Source: Acidimicrobiaceae bacterium (GTDB lineage: Bacteria; Actinomycetota; Acidimicrobiia; Acidimicrobiales; Aldehydirespiratoraceae). From it: a stretch of 64,000 nt of DNA. The notes under the pieces were generated by a model that searched no databases, was not told where the DNA came from, and saw nothing but the letters and a program-made list of their open reading frames with translations. The stretch lies in contig JAPOYA010000029.1 in NCBI GenBank assembly GCA_026706815.1, forward strand, positions 4,556-68,555, given 5' to 3'. Position 1 is the stretch's first letter. Every line of letters begins with the position of its first letter. Below are positions 40,315 through 48,786 of this stretch, piece by piece. The position numbers and the translations under genes were made by a program.

Positions 40315-40884
40315 TCAGAGGAGGTTCTCGGTGATCAGGTCGCGCAGGCTTTCGCTGGTCAGCACCCCGGCCCATTGCTCCACTACCACTCCGTTGCGAT
40401 CGATCATCAGCGTGCTGGGCATGGCTATAAGGCCCAGGTCACCGAACAGCGATCCGTCTGAGTCCCATCCCGACGGATAGGAGACCCCTGTATCGGCCAG
40501 CAGCTCCAGCGAGGGCGCGGCGGACCCGTCGCGGCTGATGCCCAGAAAGTTAATGTGATCTTTGAGTTCCTGGTAGACGGTCTCAAACTCGGGCAGCTCG
40601 GCGCGGCACGGACCGCACCAAGCGGCGAAGAAGTTGACTACCAGCGGCTTGTCGAGATGGCTTGCGAACGTGTCGTGGCTGTCGCCGACCAGTGAGGCGA
40701 AACGGAGATCACCGATAGATCCTTCGACAGGCTCGTGCTCGACGTCTTCGGTTTCGGGAATGAGCGCGCCGTTAGAGAGTTTGATGCTGTTGGCCTCGCC
40801 GAATTCGCTGGAGGCGTCGTCGCCGCAGGCAGCGACAATCACGACGGTCAGCAAGACCGCGGCGAATCTACAGAACAAGCGCAT
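40315..40884 (-). CDS. TlpA/ResA-like thioredoxin-fold thiol-disulfide oxidoreductase, lipoprotein
   Basis: Lipobox 'VIVAAC' and the active site 'FFAAWCGPCRAELPEF'. Confidence 0.85.
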   Translation of the reverse strand: MRLFCRFAAVLLTVVIVAACGDDASSEFGEANSIKLSNGALIPETEDVEHEPVEGSIGDLRFASLVGDSHDTFASHLDKPLVVNFFAAWCGPCRAELPEFETVYQELKDHINFLGISRDGSAAPSLELLADTGVSYPSGWDSDGSLFGDLGLIAMPSTLMIDRNGVVVEQWAGVLTSESLRDLITENLL

Positions 40885-40910
40885 CGGAAACCTGGCAAGA
40901 CGCTACCTCG

Positions 40911-41014
40911 GCGCGCTGGTTGTCGCGGCTCCGGTTGCGCCCGGCGTAAGCAACGCGCCTGAGCAGCGCGCTGGTTGTCGCGGCTCCGGTTGCGCCCGGC
41001 GTAAGCAACGCGCC
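40911..41014 (+). repeat. Two identical 49-bp copies (period 55 bp) of the dispersed repeat, intergenic between whiB7-like and tlpA-like
   Basis: GCGCGCTGGTTGTCGCGGCTCCGGTTGCGCCCGGCGTAAGCAACGCGCC occurs at 40911-40959 and 40966-41014. The unit ends are inverted (GGCGCG...CGCGCC). Confidence 0.85.
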
Positions 41015-41093
41015 GCTGTGGCGCTGATCGACCGAGAACCGGGGCTCGCGTTTGCCGTTGCCTGAGTTCTGGGGGAGTGGTCGATCAGCGCCG

Positions 41094-41474
41094 TTAAGCG
41101 GTCCGCCGTTCCGCTCGTTCCCGAAGGTGGATCGGCACCGGAATCACCGGCATCAGATCCTCGGGACGAGCCACTTTGGGAGGACGGCCCCGACGGCGTT
41201 TGACGGCCAGCATCTCGCCGTTCATGAAGAGCTGCCCACCCCACACTCCCCACTGCTCTTTGTTGTTCAGAGCAGTTTCCAGGCAGGGCGCGATCACCGG
41301 GCACTCGACGCAGACGCGTTTTGCAGCAGAAATCTCGCCTATGTCGTCGGAGAAGAACAGGTCGTAGGCGTTGTCTACCGTCTTGCAGGCCGCGTGCGTC
41401 TCCCAGGCGGCGCTATCAGTTCGGAGTTGTTCAGTGGCTGGGAGTTGTTCAGTGATATCGACGAGGGTGGACAT
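41094..41474 (-). CDS. whiB7: WhiB-family transcription factor with a C-terminal AT-hook (WhiB7/WblC-like)
   Basis: Cys pattern 'C...C-VE-C-PVIAP-C', a 'GVWGG' turn, and the C-terminal 'KRRRGRPPK' AT-hook. The ATG at 41474 follows GGAAGGAG. Confidence 0.85.
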   Translation of the reverse strand: MSTLVDITEQLPATEQLRTDSAAWETHAACKTVDNAYDLFFSDDIGEISAAKRVCVECPVIAPCLETALNNKEQWGVWGGQLFMNGEMLAVKRRRGRPPKVARPEDLMPVIPVPIHLRERAERRTA

Positions 41475-41580
41475 GGCCCCGTCTCCTTCCGTGTTTCTGT
41501 TCTCTTCTTCTGTCGATTTCTTGTCTAGTGGGTTTCTTGTGCGGCTGTGTGTTGGGTAGGCAACGTGTTGGTCGGGCAAC

Positions 41581-41617
41581 GCAGAAAGGCCGCTGGGACT
41601 ACCAGCGGCCTTTCTGC
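41581..41617 (-). terminator. Strong hairpin in the whiB7-like leader (candidate attenuator/terminator)
   Basis: GCAGAAAGGCCGCTGG-gact-ACCAGCGGCCTTTCTGC. It lies 23 nt downstream of the uORF stop and ~105 nt upstream of the whiB start. There is no U-tract. Confidence 0.55.
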
Positions 41618-41640
41618 GTACTTCCCGTTATTGGGTCTGA

Positions 41641-41781
41641 TTACCCGGAGGGAGCGCCGAAGGGCCGCAAGAAGTGATATGGCTTCGTGGCAAACCAAGA
41701 AGCCGGCATGACCGTCCGCACATTTACGCGCGCGGCAATGTCAGCTCGAAGCTGATGCCCGGTGCGATGAATGTTGCTCAT
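41641..41781 (-). CDS. Candidate leader peptide (uORF, 46 aa) upstream of whiB7-like
   Basis: ATG at 41781 through TAA at 41641-41643: MSNIHRTGHQLRADIAARVNVRTVMPASWFATKPYHFLRPFGAPSG. The RBS (AAGGA) is weak. The call rests on position only. Confidence 0.4.
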   Translation of the reverse strand: MSNIHRTGHQLRADIAARVNVRTVMPASWFATKPYHFLRPFGAPSG

Positions 41782-41845
41782 GGCGGTCCTTTTCTGCGGC
41801 CGAGATTCTCCGGCGGAAAACCAGAGTGGCTGACTTCAGCATATA

Positions 41846-41863
41846 TGTCAACCGAATTAATTT
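41846..41863 (-). promoter_or_regulatory. -35-like TTGACA preceded by the AT-rich tract AAATTAATT (candidate WhiB7 autoregulatory site)
   Basis: The minus strand reads GCGCAAATTAATTCGGTTGACATATATG. The AT-tract ends 3 nt upstream of TTGACA. I could not find a convincing -10. Confidence 0.4.
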
Positions 41864-41898
41864 GCGCGTCCGGCGCGGCTGGGCCGGCACGGCGGGGA

Positions 41899-41931
41899 GT
41901 TCACCGGGAGTTCATTGTCGGTTCATCTGTT
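41899..41931 (+). promoter_or_regulatory. PHO-box-like operator: three tandem 11-nt direct repeat units upstream of pstS
   Basis: GTTCACCGGGA GTTCATTGTCG GTTCATCTGTT. Each unit matches the Streptomyces PhoP unit G(G/T)TCAYYYR(G/C)G at 9/11 positions. It lies ~100 bp upstream of the pstS ATG. Confidence 0.6.
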
Positions 41932-42029
41932 TTGGGCTGCGACTTCGTGCAGTTCCCGTAGATTTCTGCTGAACCAGGGTTCGCGCAAATTGGCGCGTCC
42001 TCTGTGAAAGGAACAACAAAGGAACATAT

Positions 42030-43052
42030 ATGCATCGTTCTCAGCGTTCGGTCCGGCGTGCGGCTCAGCTTCTGGTGTTGATCGTGGGTTTGTCGCTGGC
42101 CGCATCGGCGTGTGGATCGGGTGGTTCTGACGGTTCGCCCTCGGGTTCGGCCGGCGGATCCTCTGGAGAGATCTTCATCTCGGGTTCCTCGACGGTCGAG
42201 CCGATCTCGGTGCGCGTCCAGGAACTGTTCAATGACATCAATCCCGATGTTCTGATTGCTGTCGACGGCCCCGGGACCGGCGATGGCTTCGTGCTGTTCT
42301 GCAGCGGCGAGACTGACGTCTCAAATGCCTCGCGGGCGATCAGGGACAGCGAGGCAGAAGAGTGCGCGGCCAACGGAGTCGACTACGTGGAACTCCAGGT
42401 CGGCATTGACGGCCTGGGCGTCATGACGAACGCCTCCAATGACCTGGTGGAGTGCGTTTCGTTCGCCGACCTCTATGCCCTGACCGGTCCCGAAGCGACC
42501 GGATACCGCTCTTGGGCTGACGCGAACGGCGTGTCTGTCGAACTCGGCGGTGCTGGAGAGCTCCCGGACGCGCCGCTCGATATTTTCGGCCCCGGGGAAG
42601 AGTCCGGAACCTTCGACACGTTCGTCGAACTGGTGGTTGAACATCCAGCAGAAGAACGGGGCCAAGCCGGTACGACCCGACCCGATTACAATCCGTCCGG
42701 TGATGACAACGTGATCCTGCAGGGAATCACCGGTTCGGACAGTTCGCTCGGTTGGGTGGGTTTTGCGTTCGCCAGCGGCGCGCAGGGAGTCAAGCTTCTC
42801 GACGTTGACAGCGGTGGGAGCGGATGCGTTGCTGCCACGCCCGAGACCATCGCTTCGGGCGAGTACCCGTTGAGCCGCCCGTTGTTCGTCTATGTCAATT
42901 CCGACAAGGCCGCGAGCAACCCGGGTCTGGAAGCCTATGTCGACTTCTACATGGACGCCGGCCTCGATCAGGCCGTGGGCGAAGTCGGTTACGTTGAACT
43001 GACCGATGCGGCCAAAGCCGAAGTTCGGGCGGCTTGGACCGAGCGAACCTGA
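42030..43052 (+). CDS. pstS: Phosphate ABC transporter substrate-binding lipoprotein PstS
   Basis: Lipobox 'LAASAC' and 'ISGSSTVEPI...VDGPGTGDGF...NASRAI', typical of the PstS family. Genetic context is pstCAB. Confidence 0.9.
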   Translation: MHRSQRSVRRAAQLLVLIVGLSLAASACGSGGSDGSPSGSAGGSSGEIFISGSSTVEPISVRVQELFNDINPDVLIAVDGPGTGDGFVLFCSGETDVSNASRAIRDSEAEECAANGVDYVELQVGIDGLGVMTNASNDLVECVSFADLYALTGPEATGYRSWADANGVSVELGGAGELPDAPLDIFGPGEESGTFDTFVELVVEHPAEERGQAGTTRPDYNPSGDDNVILQGITGSDSSLGWVGFAFASGAQGVKLLDVDSGGSGCVAATPETIASGEYPLSRPLFVYVNSDKAASNPGLEAYVDFYMDAGLDQAVGEVGYVELTDAAKAEVRAAWTERT

Positions 43053-44008
43053 AGGTCCTGAAGGTGGAGACTCCTGATCCGGTCCCCGGCGCGTTGAGCC
43101 TGGCCGCACTGGCGGGATCACCGCGCCGGGTCCGCAGGGAGCGCTTGATCAGCCGTGTGATGTTCTGCGCGGCGTTGGTCTCGGTGGTGGTCTCTGCGCT
43201 GATCATCTACGCGCTGTTCTCCGAAGCCTGGATCTTCATGCGTGATGTCGATTGGTCCTCCACCTGGGGTGAGCTCGGATGGTTCCCGAGACGCGGCATC
43301 TATGACATGCCGACGCTGCTGGTTGCGAGCCTGTGGACCACGCTGATCGCCATGATCGTGGCGGCGCCGCTGGGGATGGGTGCGGCGATCTACCTCTCGG
43401 AGTACGCCCGCCCTACTCACCGTGCGATCCTGAAGCCGATCCTGGAAATCCTTGCGGGGATTCCAAGCGTGGTCCTCGGATTCTTCGCATTGCTGTGGCT
43501 CGCTCCCAACGTCGTGGCCCATATCGGCGGCGAGGGCGGCCGGGGTTCGATGCTGACGGCAGGTATCGGGGTGGGGATTCTCACGGTCCCGCTGGTGGCG
43601 TCGATTTCGGAGGATGCGATGGCCGCGGTCCCGAAGTCGTTGCGGGAGGCTTCAGCGGGGCTGGGCGCGCGCAACGCGGTCACGACGTTGCGTGTGGTGT
43701 TGCCTGCCGCAGTCTCGGGGCTTGTCGCGTCGCTGATCGTGGCGGTGTCCCGGGCCCTCGGCGAGACGATGGTCGTGTTCATGGCGGGCGGTGCGGCTGA
43801 TGCGGTCATCAGGACCTACTCGCCCTACGACGGCAGTCTCACGATGCCGTCGGCGATGGCTTCGCTGGCTTCGGGCACTGATCAAGTCGTTGGTGAGGGC
43901 CTGACCTTCCAGAGCCTGTTCTTTGTCGGTCTGGTGCTCTTCTTGTTGACTCTGGGACTCAACTTGATCGGGGACCGTTTCGTGACTCGGGTCCGAGAGC
44001 AGTACTGA
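43034..44008 (+). CDS. pstC: Phosphate ABC transporter permease PstC
   Basis: A 6-TM permease with 'AAIYLSEYA...ILEILAGIPSVVLGFF' (EAA-loop region). The start is uncertain (TTG 43034 or GTG 43064). Confidence 0.9.
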   Translation: MDRANLKVLKVETPDPVPGALSLAALAGSPRRVRRERLISRVMFCAALVSVVVSALIIYALFSEAWIFMRDVDWSSTWGELGWFPRRGIYDMPTLLVASLWTTLIAMIVAAPLGMGAAIYLSEYARPTHRAILKPILEILAGIPSVVLGFFALLWLAPNVVAHIGGEGGRGSMLTAGIGVGILTVPLVASISEDAMAAVPKSLREASAGLGARNAVTTLRVVLPAAVSGLVASLIVAVSRALGETMVVFMAGGAADAVIRTYSPYDGSLTMPSAMASLASGTDQVVGEGLTFQSLFFVGLVLFLLTLGLNLIGDRFVTRVREQY

Positions 44009-44017
44009 GGCGGTGAC

Positions 44018-44998
44018 GTGACTCTCGCCACGATAGGAACAGTTGCCAGACGGGGTGCGACAGGTTTTGAGCGGAAGCGGACCGACGTGGCCGGGGGACT
44101 CTTCAAAGCTCTGATCCTGTCCGCTCTTGTGGTGTCGCTGCTGGTTCTCGCGGTGCTGCTCATCGACACGGTCGCTGACGCCTGGTCCCAGCTCTCGACG
44201 AGGGCTTGGGACTTTTTGAACGGGTCGCTGCGGTCTCGTTCGATCGACGACAAGCTGGGTGTGAAGCAGGGGTTGTATGGATCGTTCTGGATCGGCGTGT
44301 TCGTCGCGTTGACGGCGTTCCCCATCGGCGTCGGGGCTGCGATCTACCTGGAGGAGTACGCCGCCAAGTCCCGCCTGGCCGCGCTCATCGAACTCGTGAT
44401 CCGGAACCTCGCGGGTGTGCCTTCCGTCGTCTACGGACTTCTCGGCCTGTTCCTGTTCGTTGAGCGCAGCACCGTCTTCGGTTTCGTCGGCCTAGGTTGG
44501 CTCGCTGACGCAACCGGCGGCCGTTCGGTGCTGTCAGCGGGGTTGACGCTGGCAGTTCTGGTGTTGCCGATCGTGATCATCACTGCACAGGAGGCGGTGC
44601 GCTCGGTTCCCTCAGGTCTCAAGGAGGGCGCCTATGGGCTTGGCGCGACCAAGTCCGAGATGGTGTGGACCCAGATCCTGCCCTACGCGGCGCCCGGAAT
44701 CTTGACGGGCACCTTGTTGGCAATGTCACGCGCCATCGGTGAGGCCGCGCCGTTGATCCTGGTCGGGGCGATCACTGGCGGCCTGACCCGCAACCCTGAG
44801 TTGTGGGACGCCTCGGGCCTCCGCGAGAAGTTCACTGCGCTTCCCATAATCATCGTCGAGTGGGTGAGCGAACGCGGCCGGGATCCTGGTTTTGCCGAAG
44901 CCGCGGCGGCCGCGATTGTTGTGCTGCTCGTGCTGGTGCTGTTGTTGAACATGACTGCGATCCTGCTGCGCAACCGTTTCGAGAGGAAGCGAGGCTGA
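44018..44998 (+). CDS. pstA: Phosphate ABC transporter permease PstA
   Basis: '[37 protein letters not shown]' and '[16 protein letters not shown]'. Confidence 0.9.
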   Translation: MTLATIGTVARRGATGFERKRTDVAGGLFKALILSALVVSLLVLAVLLIDTVADAWSQLSTRAWDFLNGSLRSRSIDDKLGVKQGLYGSFWIGVFVALTAFPIGVGAAIYLEEYAAKSRLAALIELVIRNLAGVPSVVYGLLGLFLFVERSTVFGFVGLGWLADATGGRSVLSAGLTLAVLVLPIVIITAQEAVRSVPSGLKEGAYGLGATKSEMVWTQILPYAAPGILTGTLLAMSRAIGEAAPLILVGAITGGLTRNPELWDASGLREKFTALPIIIVEWVSERGRDPGFAEAAAAAIVVLLVLVLLLNMTAILLRNRFERKRG

Positions 44999-45008
44999 CT
45001 GATGACCT

Positions 45009-45044
45009 CCACATATGGGACCACATATGGGACCACATATGGGA
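45009..45044. repeat. Perfect tandem repeat (CCACATATGGGA)x3 between pstA and pstB
   Basis: Three identical 12-mers lie at 45009-45020, 45021-45032 and 45033-45044. Each contains the palindrome CATATG. Confidence 0.85.
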
Positions 45045-45084
45045 CAATGCTCGACCGGCAGACGAAAGCTCTGAGGAGCGACCT

Positions 45085-45951
45085 ATGACGGCGATCGATG
45101 ATATGACTGAGGGCCGTGATTCCGAGCCGCTCGGTGAGGTGGGCGCGGAGAGTCCAGCGATGCCCGAGGTGGTCTTCGATGTTGAGGAGCTGAGTGTCTA
45201 TTACGGCGAGTTTCAGGCCGTACAGGATGCCAGTCTCAAGGTCCACGAGAATGAGATCACTGCATTCATCGGTCCTTCGGGCTGCGGCAAGACCACTCTG
45301 TTGCGGTGCTTCAACCGTATGAACGACCTGATCGAGACAGCGAAGGTCACGGGTTCGCTGCGTTACCACGGGGTCGATCTCTACGATTCGAAGGTGGATG
45401 CTGTTGAGGTGCGCCGTCGGATCGGCATGGTCTTCCAGAAGCCCAACCCGTTTCCGAAGTCGATCCGAGCCAATGTCGCATACGGGCCGAGGGTGGCGGG
45501 TTTGGCCAAGAAGGGCCCGGTGATGGACGACATCGTCGAGAATTCGCTGCGCAAAGCCGCCCTGTGGGATGAGGTGAAGGACCGGCTCGACGACAATGCC
45601 CTGGGGTTGTCGGGCGGGCAGCAGCAGCGCCTGTGCATTGCCCGGGCTATTGCGACCGATCCGGACGTCCTGCTGATGGACGAGCCCTGTTCGGCGCTCG
45701 ATCCGATCGCCACCACGCGCATTGAAGAATTGATGCACGGGCTCAAGGACGACTATTCGATCGTCATCGTCACCCACAACATGCAGCAGGCGGCGCGGGT
45801 GAGCGATCGCACCGCCTTCTTTTCGGTGAACGTCAACCCGGACTCCGACAACCGGACCGGTATTTTGGTGGAATATGATTCGACGCAACAGATATTCTCG
45901 AATCCTTCCGATGAGCGGACCGAGAACTATGTGACTGGCCGCTTCGGATGA
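45085..45951 (+). CDS. pstB: Phosphate ABC transporter ATP-binding protein PstB
   Basis: '[20 protein letters not shown]', '[14 protein letters not shown]' and '[12 protein letters not shown]'. The ATG at 45085 follows GAGGAG. Confidence 0.95.
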   Translation: MTAIDDMTEGRDSEPLGEVGAESPAMPEVVFDVEELSVYYGEFQAVQDASLKVHENEITAFIGPSGCGKTTLLRCFNRMNDLIETAKVTGSLRYHGVDLYDSKVDAVEVRRRIGMVFQKPNPFPKSIRANVAYGPRVAGLAKKGPVMDDIVENSLRKAALWDEVKDRLDDNALGLSGGQQQRLCIARAIATDPDVLLMDEPCSALDPIATTRIEELMHGLKDDYSIVIVTHNMQQAARVSDRTAFFSVNVNPDSDNRTGILVEYDSTQQIFSNPSDERTENYVTGRFG

Positions 45952-45968
45952 GATGAGAAGAGTGCCCG

Positions 45969-46691
45969 GTGACCGAAGAACTCCGCAAGACCTATCACGA
46001 AGAGCTTGAATCGGTCCGCGAGACGATCGTTCGCATGGCGGGGGTTGTCGGGGAGACGATCCCACGCGGCACCGAGGCGTTCTTGTCGGGGGATCTGGCC
46101 GAGGCGCAGCGGATCATCGAGGATGACGACGCGATCGACGCGATGTCGGTCGAGTTGGAGGAGCGCTGCTACCAACTCTTGGCTCTGCAGCAGCCGATGG
46201 CATCGGATTTGCGAGCGATCACGACCGCGTTGTGGATGAACGCGGAGATCGAGCGTTCCGGTGATCTGATGGCCAACATCGCCCAGGCGACCCGCCGTGT
46301 CTACGGCAGTTCGTTCGGCCCGCGGATCCGGGGATTGATCGCCCAGATGAGCGAGGAGGCCGCACGTCTGGTTCGTTTGGCGATCGACAGCTATGCAGAG
46401 GGGAACAGCGGGCTGGCGGTCGCTCTCGACGACATCGACGACCGGCTCGACGACCTTCACCTGGACGCCATCTCCGCGATCTTCGAAGGCAGCCGTGAGC
46501 ACGCGTTCGATCTGCAGGTGGGGGTGCAGCTCGCTCTTGTCTGCCGGTTCTACGAGCGGATCGGCGATCATGCGGTGAACATGGGCGAACGGGTCCGTTA
46601 CATGGTCGATGGCTGGCTGCCGGAGCATTCAGGTGCTCTGCGGGCACAGGCTCGGGCGACCGGATCCGGTGAAATCGGGGACGCCACCTGA
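45969..46691 (+). CDS. phoU: Phosphate signalling regulator PhoU
   Basis: Two PhoU repeats with 'ASDLRAITTALWMNAEIERSGDLMANIA' and 'RFYERIGDHAVNMGE'. Confidence 0.9.
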   Translation: MTEELRKTYHEELESVRETIVRMAGVVGETIPRGTEAFLSGDLAEAQRIIEDDDAIDAMSVELEERCYQLLALQQPMASDLRAITTALWMNAEIERSGDLMANIAQATRRVYGSSFGPRIRGLIAQMSEEAARLVRLAIDSYAEGNSGLAVALDDIDDRLDDLHLDAISAIFEGSREHAFDLQVGVQLALVCRFYERIGDHAVNMGERVRYMVDGWLPEHSGALRAQARATGSGEIGDAT

Positions 46692-46706
46692 TAGGAGCGA
46701 CTTGAA

Positions 46707-48050
46707 ATGACAGCGCTCTTGGCCATCCTGGCGGCGGTCGTGGCGGCGGCGGTCGGTGCAATCGTTGCGGGAATCCGGCAACGGCGTCGCGTCAACCAGC
46801 ATCTTGACCGCATCGCGAATCGTGTCTCGGGTGTGGTCGCACCGGCGTCGAAATCTCCGGTCGCCGCGGTCGAACGCCTTGAGACGGTCCTTGAGGCCAC
46901 CGACGCCGAGCGACAGCTGCGGGGCGCCGAACGCCGCTATGAGGCCGCCCTCGAGGCGATTGACATGGGCGTCGTCGTCGTCGATGAGAACGGGAGCGCG
47001 GTTTTCTGCAACACCTCTGCCAGTTGGTACCGCGAGGGCCGGCACAGCGAGGCGGTCATTGCCCAGAAGATCGATGATTTGATCCACTCGGCGGTGAGGG
47101 GCGAGAGGGTCGAGCAGAGCGTTGTTCTGTATGGGCCGCCGCGGCGGGCGTTGTTCGTGTCGGCGTTGCCGATCCACACCGAAGATGAACTTGTGGGTGC
47201 GATAGCGCTCATTCACGATGTCACCGAGGTGGAGCAGGCCAACGCCATCCGGCGCGATTTCGTGGCCAATATAAGCCACGAGCTCCGCACGCCGATCGGC
47301 GCCGTTTCGTTGCTCGCCGAAACGCTGATCGGTGAGCACGACCCCGAGGTGATCGACTCGCTGGCCCATCGCCTGCTTGTCGAAGCAGGACGTTTGACCA
47401 GCACGGTTCAGGATCTGCTCGAACTCAGTCGGATTGAGCACAGCGGCGATTCGGAGTTCTCCGCGGTCGCTGTTCAAGGCGTCGTTGGCGGAGCGCATGA
47501 TCGGGCGCGCGCGGCGGCGGCACAGCGGGGTGTGGCGATCACCGTCGACGCGCCCGAACTGGATTTGCAGGTGCGCGGCGACCGCCGTCAGCTCACTTCA
47601 GCGATGTTCAATCTGCTTGACAATGCCATCAAGTTCTCGGACCCGGAGGGTGGTTCTGTGTCGGTCGGCGTCCGCGAGGCTCACGGTCGAGTTGAGGTTG
47701 AGGTTGCCGACAGCGGCATCGGGATCCCGCGTCAGGATCTCGAGCGCATTTTCGAACGCTTCTATCGGGTTGACCGAGGGCGCAGCCGCACGACTGGCGG
47801 TATCGGCCTCGGCTTGTCGATGGTGCGCCACATCGTCGCCAATCACGGGGGACGCGTGTCGGTCGATTCGACCGAGGGCGAGGGAGCCACGTTCACGATG
47901 GACCTCCCGCTGATCCCGGACAGCCCCGGGGTGGGTGCCGCGCAGACTTCCGCGGCTCCGGCTGCGCCCGGCGAAAGCACCGCGCAGGCTTCCGCGGCTC
48001 CGGTTGCGCCCGGCAAAAACACAGCGCCCGGCGGAAACAGCCCCCCGTGA
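46707..48050 (+). CDS. senX3: Sensor histidine kinase (SenX3/PhoR-like; TM + PAS + HisKA + HATPase)
   Basis: H-box 'FVANISHELRTPIG', N-box 'LLDNAIKFS', and G-boxes 'DSGIGIP' and 'GGIGLGLSMV'. The C-terminal Ala/Pro tail is encoded by the dispersed repeat. Confidence 0.85.
   Translation: MTALLAILAAVVAAAVGAIVAGIRQRRRVNQHLDRIANRVSGVVAPASKSPVAAVERLETVLEATDAERQLRGAERRYEAALEAIDMGVVVVDENGSAVFCNTSASWYREGRHSEAVIAQKIDDLIHSAVRGERVEQSVVLYGPPRRALFVSALPIHTEDELVGAIALIHDVTEVEQANAIRRDFVANISHELRTPIGAVSLLAETLIGEHDPEVIDSLAHRLLVEAGRLTSTVQDLLELSRIEHSGDSEFSAVAVQGVVGGAHDRARAAAAQRGVAITVDAPELDLQVRGDRRQLTSAMFNLLDNAIKFSDPEGGSVSVGVREAHGRVEVEVADSGIGIPRQDLERIFERFYRVDRGRSRTTGGIGLGLSMVRHIVANHGGRVSVDSTEGEGATFTMDLPLIPDSPGVGAAQTSAAPAAPGESTAQASAAPVAPGKNTAPGGNSPP
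47939..48041 (+). repeat. Two 42-bp tandem copies plus a partial copy of the dispersed repeat at the senX3/regX3 junction
   Basis: CGCGCAGACTTCCGCGGCTCCGGCTGCGCCCGGCGAAAGCAC lies at 47939-47980. CGCGCAGGCTTCCGCGGCTCCGGTTGCGCCCGGCAAAAACAC lies at 47981-48022. A partial copy runs to 48041. Confidence 0.85.
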
Positions 48051-48763
48051 ATTCTGCGGCGCGAATTCTGGTGGTGGAGGACGAAGAGTCCTTTGTCGAG
48101 GCGCTCCGTGTGGGTCTTCAGCGCGAGGGGTTCCTCGTTGAGATCGCCCGCGACGGCACCGAGGCGTTGGAGCGGTTCGCCCGGAACAAGCCCGATCTGG
48201 TTCTGCTGGACGTGATGCTGCCGGGGATGTCCGGCGTCGACGTCTGCCGCGAGATCCGCTCGTCGTCTTCGGTTCCGATCATCATGGTCACCGCGAAGAG
48301 CGAGGAGATCGACGCGGTCGTGGGTCTTGAAGTCGGCGCCGACGACTATGTGGCGAAGCCCTATCGATTGCGGGAACTGGTGGCCCGAATACGGGCGGTC
48401 CTGCGTCGTTCTGCGGTAAGTCGCTGGCCGGGCAGCGGTGGTCCCGGCGCCGACTCCAGCGATCAGGTTCTGCGCGTCGGCGCACTGCAACTCGACCGAG
48501 AGCGTCACGAGGCCACCGTCGATGGTGAAGTGGTCCAACTCCCGTTGAAGGAGTTCCAGATATTGGCGTTGCTAATGTTGAACCAAGAGATGGTTGTGAC
48601 CCGCGAGACCTTCATCGACCGGGTGTGGGGCTATGACTACGTGGGCGACACCAAAACGCTCGACGTCCACATCAAGCGGCTGAGAGCGAAGATTGAACCG
48701 AACCCGGATCGCCCCGAACGCATCGTCACGATCCGCGGGGTCGGCTACAAACTGACGGCTTGA
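48047..48763 (+). CDS. regX3: OmpR-family response regulator (RegX3/PhoP-like)
   Basis: 'ILVVEDEESF...DLVLLDVMLPGMSG...ADDYVAKPY' receiver domain plus a winged-helix C-terminus 'IVTIRGVGYKL'. The GTG overlaps the kinase stop (GTGA). Confidence 0.9.
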   Translation: MNSAARILVVEDEESFVEALRVGLQREGFLVEIARDGTEALERFARNKPDLVLLDVMLPGMSGVDVCREIRSSSSVPIIMVTAKSEEIDAVVGLEVGADDYVAKPYRLRELVARIRAVLRRSAVSRWPGSGGPGADSSDQVLRVGALQLDRERHEATVDGEVVQLPLKEFQILALLMLNQEMVVTRETFIDRVWGYDYVGDTKTLDVHIKRLRAKIEPNPDRPERIVTIRGVGYKLTA

Positions 48764-48786
48764 CTCCAACTCTATTCGCTCGGCTT

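Noticed and set aside
41674-41961. 95-aa + strand ORF across the whiB7-like leader
   Set aside because: It has no RBS or motif. The region is better explained by the minus-strand uORF, hairpin and promoter and by the pstS operator.
44683-46065. 460-aa minus-strand ORF
   Set aside because: It is antisense to the pstA 3' end, pstB and the phoU 5' end. It has no motifs, whereas the + strand genes have full ABC and PhoU signatures.
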